Shown here piece after piece: positions 61,501 through 64,000 of a DNA stretch of 64,000 nucleotides. The notes beneath the pieces were generated by a model. The model did not search any database. It had not been told where the DNA came from and saw only the letters and a list, made by a program, of their open reading frames with translations. Numbering within the stretch: position 1 is the first letter of the stretch; the number at the start of each line of letters is the position of its first letter. A program made the translations under genes and the position numbers. Origin of the DNA: Armatimonadota bacterium (GTDB lineage Bacteria; Armatimonadota; SYMT01); the NCBI GenBank assembly GCA_041690135.1, contig JAWLHY010000005.1:340106-404105 (forward strand), in the 5' to 3' direction.

Positions 61501-64000
61501 CAACGGGATCAGGTGGAGCTGGTCACGACCCCCCACAGTTATCCGTCCCGGGAGTGGCTCGACTGGGTTCAGACCGAGCGGGCGCGGCACGCCATCCGGG
61601 ACTGGCTGCGCCGCTACCAGGTGTATGTGGCTGCCGGCGAGATTCCCGACATCCCGGGCCTACAGTTTGAGTGGGCGGTCCGGTCAGACATCCCCGAGAG
61701 AGAGCGAGCAGCAGTCCTCCGCGAATGCGGCCTCTTCATAGCCACATTCCGGCCGCCTGGGTTTGACTACTGGGAAGGGATCCGGGACGGAGATGTGTCG
61801 GTGGTCCGTGGCGCAGTAGGACAGCACCTTCCAGAGTTCGCTCTGGCCCGGCGGTTGGGACTCCGCTGCCTCATCTACCTGTATGACGATGTGGACGGCC
61901 GCAAACCCGCGGGAATGCTCACAGCGGAAACACTCTATCGCTGCGCTAATGTCTCAGAGTTGCGTGAGGCCATGCGCGGCGACTTCCAGGCGGCTGTGGC
62001 AAACCAATGGCCGCTAGAGGGGATTCGAGACGGACGAGAGCCCTTGCTCCGCGACCTGTACCAAATGCTAGGGCTACCCCCACTACGCAGTGATCTGGAG
62101 ACCTTCGAGCTCTCGAGGTTCGCTGGCGAGCGAGGATGGTTAGTCCAGGACTTGAACCGTCCAAATCTGGCGATGCTGGTGTCCGCCGTGCGGGGTTTGC
62201 AGAAGGCACCCGCGGCCGTATGGGCGTTGCCACTGCCGCGAACGAACGTCGAGAATGAACTTCTAAACCGCCTGGCAGGCTGGCTGCGCCAGGAACCGGC
62301 AAGCTCTCTGCGCGCGCTGCAGCGTTTTTGGGGAATGTGCGGTCGGGCGGCGCAGCAACCCACTGACGGGCGGGCGGTGGCGGGTTACCTTCTAGCGTTG
62401 GTGTGGTTGGGGCAACTAGTAGAGGGGAACTTTGGGAGGGCCGATCCCGCTCTGGTACTGTCCCCGCTGAATCCCCCCAACCTGCGCGATTTCCTCGTTC
62501 TCGTGGGGGGACGGCAGCCGGCGGCGCTCGATTTCCGCATTGCCGTGGATGGTGTGACAGTGGCGCACCTCCCCCGCCTTCGTCTCGACACACCCGAATC
62601 GGAGGTGAGGCGGCAGGCGCTGGAGGTTCCCGAGGTCGTTGAGCGTATCGTGAACCGAAACGTCCGCTCTGTCGAGGTGAGCTTCGGGACTGGGGTGACA
62701 ATTTCCACCGAGCCGGCATCCCACCCATCATTGACTGGATGCCGTGTCCTCTGGTGTGATCCCAAGCAAGACCGTGTCAATAGCAGGGAGATAAGCTGGC
62801 TCCAGCAACACGGCGCCGTGATTGCCCGCGTACCGCCCAGCCACGTTCAGCTAGCATTAGGGAGTGGGCTTCCATACGACGCGCTGATTACGAGCATGGG
62901 CGGCGTGTTGCCAGAGGAAGATAGTCTGGGCCTTCATGTGGTTAGGATCGCGAGGCGGCTACGGCCGGAACTCCCGGTGATCCTGTTTACCCACCGCACC
63001 GTGCCATCGGTTCAGGAGGCCAGAGAGGCGGGAGTTGCGCTGATCACCCCCAAAGTTGAGGTGATCCTGCGGGAACTCCAAACGCTGGTCGACCGCCGAA
63101 CCCCGACCCTGCCCGAGGATTCGGAGGGGTTCTACACGGAGCGCGGTCTTTGCGACGTGATCGACCGGTACCAACTCCGGAGTGGGCGCCAGGAAGCCGA
63201 CGCGGTGCTCACCCTGCTGCTGCTGTTCCGGACGGAGACGCAGCGGACGTGGTTGGCAACCACCCACCGGCATCTCTACATCTTGCTGGATGATGCGGAG
63301 ACGCGCGCTACGGGACCGGATACGGAGCGCGTGATCCAGGAAGAACTGACGCTGAAGGAGGCCCAGCCCGTCTTCAGCAGCGAAGCACGGGAGTGGCTGG
63401 AAACGCGTCTTCTCCACATCGGCCGGGCGCGGAACTGGCATTACACGCTCTCCCTCCACCCGCGTGCGCAGGACCTCGAGGTGACTGTCCGCGAGTTGAT
63501 TCTTAATGCGAGACACGGTGATCTTAACCCAACATACCGGCAGCTCTTGCTGCTGGCTGCCGAATACGAGGCCATCCAAGCGACACAAGAGGCCGGTGGC
63601 GAGCGCTCACGCCGTTCGGTATCGGTCTACAAGAGGATGCAGCGATCCAGCCAGGCAGCTGACAGGGCACTGCTTTCCCGCCTAGCTACCAGCGAGAGCC
63701 CGGGCGAACGGTTGGCGGCGGTAGCCATCCTTCAGGAGAAGCCAGCTTCGGAGTATCTGCACTGGCTAGCTGCCCGCGTGCATGAGGACCAGGCGTTTAT
63801 CGGGTATCAGGCCGCGCTGGCCCTAACCACGGCGGCCGAGGAACTCAATTCGGTCTACCTGGAAGAGGTAGGCACAAGCATCCGCTCGGCTCGGGATACA
63901 CTGACCTCAGAGGTGAAGGCCGGCACTGACACGGATCGCTACCGCGTACTCGAGCGAGGACTCGAGGTCCTCGTACAGCGCGAGCGGCAGGATGAGGCGC
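58552..64000 (+). CDS. Giant vWA-domain protein (>1816 aa, 3' end outside window) with DUF4062/TIR-like, TGS, receiver-like and HEAT-like modules; vWA partner of the MoxR ATPase
   Basis: A frame-1 ORF opens after TGA 58510-12. The first ATG is 58552, overlapping the MoxR stop by 23 nt. I found no stop codon through position 64000; it is absent from the ORF track because it is open-ended. MIDAS-type vWA motif LHLVVDTSASMAVW at ~59233-59274. DUF4062-like RVFVSASFRYCHQERRAILAEL (~60913). TGS-like VVVLFSDGQCAALPVGVGVLDAAFHV...ARVNGEAVPLSYQLRQRDQVELVT (~61342-61530). CheY-like CRVLWCDPKQD...PVILFTH (~62740-63000). HEAT-like C-terminal repeats. Confidence 0.75.
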   Translation, partial: MTAAGADKSPSAPESLIQLLDCLSGLETRLLAAELADVLWLAQRLPERQAPSRSGEAAEAPATEETESPRDSARSEAGSPDGTPAHTDADSGTNAEVGQERERPPGSVPPTDAGQPEDERIRLFPGRPNSPEQTGAGEMPSSSFQGTAARALPRTRQILRALRPLAGRVPSPRRDELEVDVEATLERITEGLLAARARSEASGAARRNRPIPRTPVLRPAEVRPYELHLVVDTSASMAVWEEAAGELAQLLVGLGSFSDVRVWYLDTQSGGEPPLYAGVRCGGGTQRGERRSGAELRGGGGSIPGAGARLVLVLTDGLGPAWWDGRALDLLASWADTGRVTLLQTLPERLWGRAVHGVPRWLVGAHEAGVPNRRLLTAPRPGVRSAAPANAPRYDRDPERVYVPVVALDPDPLHTWARLMTGRGGVWLPAFRMRLKSSPAQTVAPLEPVDPEEPETEAARAARMVREFRAGAPWEARRLAELFAAVGTLTIPVMRAIQDAMVAGSGLEALAEVLASGLLEAREAAGGTVYAFRGEQHGIALRQRLWQRASVPDTLRAMQTALNELQRSVGDFLAGMNAEGAAQPLQVLDPQGLQRLSADHALAPFAAVAAEYLESLGGQYVRSARTWQTGIALPPHQGDAGDPTSYSLNDLIALSRNLDGQGPWLQGKVPPIHLLTAAEKLGEPISAVMHRLGRFEARFELELPVLDDLELTALDEPLPNEADRIVLSHGLDGQTPWLHGRVGKEHLLAAAVQLREPVVTVRQRLERFAALFELELPAPGDPSPTQPLRVFVSASFRYCHQERRAILAELARRPEIVDTSWEALPADQRDRQHRLPVVAACDLFLLLPGEGPSAGLEAEYAAALEHGKTCLAYFHRDAAPLDETTREFWKRLRDRHGVRTYGSSEELIRQVSLDLDFELARLTGKVQEHPMEVVVLFSDGQCAALPVGVGVLDAAFHVDPELGLRMNGARVNGEAVPLSYQLRQRDQVELVTTPHSYPSREWLDWVQTERARHAIRDWLRRYQVYVAAGEIPDIPGLQFEWAVRSDIPERERAAVLRECGLFIATFRPPGFDYWEGIRDGDVSVVRGAVGQHLPEFALARRLGLRCLIYLYDDVDGRKPAGMLTAETLYRCANVSELREAMRGDFQAAVANQWPLEGIRDGREPLLRDLYQMLGLPPLRSDLETFELSRFAGERGWLVQDLNRPNLAMLVSAVRGLQKAPAAVWALPLPRTNVENELLNRLAGWLRQEPASSLRALQRFWGMCGRAAQQPTDGRAVAGYLLALVWLGQLVEGNFGRADPALVLSPLNPPNLRDFLVLVGGRQPAALDFRIAVDGVTVAHLPRLRLDTPESEVRRQALEVPEVVERIVNRNVRSVEVSFGTGVTISTEPASHPSLTGCRVLWCDPKQDRVNSREISWLQQHGAVIARVPPSHVQLALGSGLPYDALITSMGGVLPEEDSLGLHVVRIARRLRPELPVILFTHRTVPSVQEAREAGVALITPKVEVILRELQTLVDRRTPTLPEDSEGFYTERGLCDVIDRYQLRSGRQEADAVLTLLLLFRTETQRTWLATTHRHLYILLDDAETRATGPDTERVIQEELTLKEAQPVFSSEAREWLETRLLHIGRARNWHYTLSLHPRAQDLEVTVRELILNARHGDLNPTYRQLLLLAAEYEAIQATQEAGGERSRRSVSVYKRMQRSSQAADRALLSRLATSESPGERLAAVAILQEKPASEYLHWLAARVHEDQAFIGYQAALALTTAAEELNSVYLEEVGTSIRSARDTLTSEVKAGTDTDRYRVLERGLEVLVQRERQDEA

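Noticed and set aside
58489-63588. Many short plus- and minus-strand ORFs listed in the ORF track
   Set aside because: All lie inside the single long frame-1 ORF beginning at 58552, which has coherent domain content. They are alternative-frame artefacts of ~70% GC DNA.

Overview
This window is a high-GC (roughly 65-70%), densely coding chromosomal region. The gene content points to a Planctomycetota-like lineage. A DUF1501 protein is paired with a DUF1549/DUF1553 protein carrying a planctomycete cytochrome (PSCyt) domain, and there are DUF1559 prepilin-like and DUF1573 proteins.

Housekeeping and metabolic genes include:
- methionyl-tRNA synthetase (metG);
- aconitase A (acnA);
- a PilB/GspE-type ATPase;
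- two paralogous ~1000-aa FAD/Fe-S/CCG oxidoreductases (YdiJ-like);
- a PoxB-like thiamine-diphosphate (TPP) enzyme;
- Gfo/Idh/MocA oxidoreductases;
- an ECF sigma factor, a FlgM-like anti-sigma factor, and others.

Four things stand out.
1. At 50.9-64.0 kb there is an apparently acquired island encoding a vWA-MoxR-type, NTPase-driven conflict or signalling system. It contains a MoxR AAA+ ATPase, a VMAP-like protein, and a giant vWA-domain protein of at least 1816 aa that runs off the window end and is absent from the ORF track. That giant protein carries DUF4062/TIR-like, TGS, receiver-like and HEAT-like modules. Two trypsin-like peptidase effectors are also present, one fused to an alpha/beta-hydrolase lipase. 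All the effectors and the VMAP-like protein share a short N-terminal helical motif of the effector-associated-domain type. The island is flanked by a Gfo/Idh/MocA gene remnant and AT-rich DNA.
2. At 21694-21945 there is a probable selenoprotein. It is a glutaredoxin-like ORF with an in-frame TGA that gives a U-P-P-C redox motif, a perfect upstream RBS and ATG, and a hairpin downstream of the TGA in the position expected for a bacterial SECIS element.
3. Several unexplained non-coding repeat families are present. These are ~150-bp tandem repeats at 40.8-41.4 kb, ~104-bp tandem repeats plus hexamer and G-rich tracts at 48.0-48.6 kb, dispersed CGCAGAG/CACGGAG heptamer clusters at gene 3' ends, and a triplicated GGTNACC-containing motif in a divergent promoter.
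4. One of the YdiJ-like paralogs carries a repeat-driven insertion within its coding sequence.
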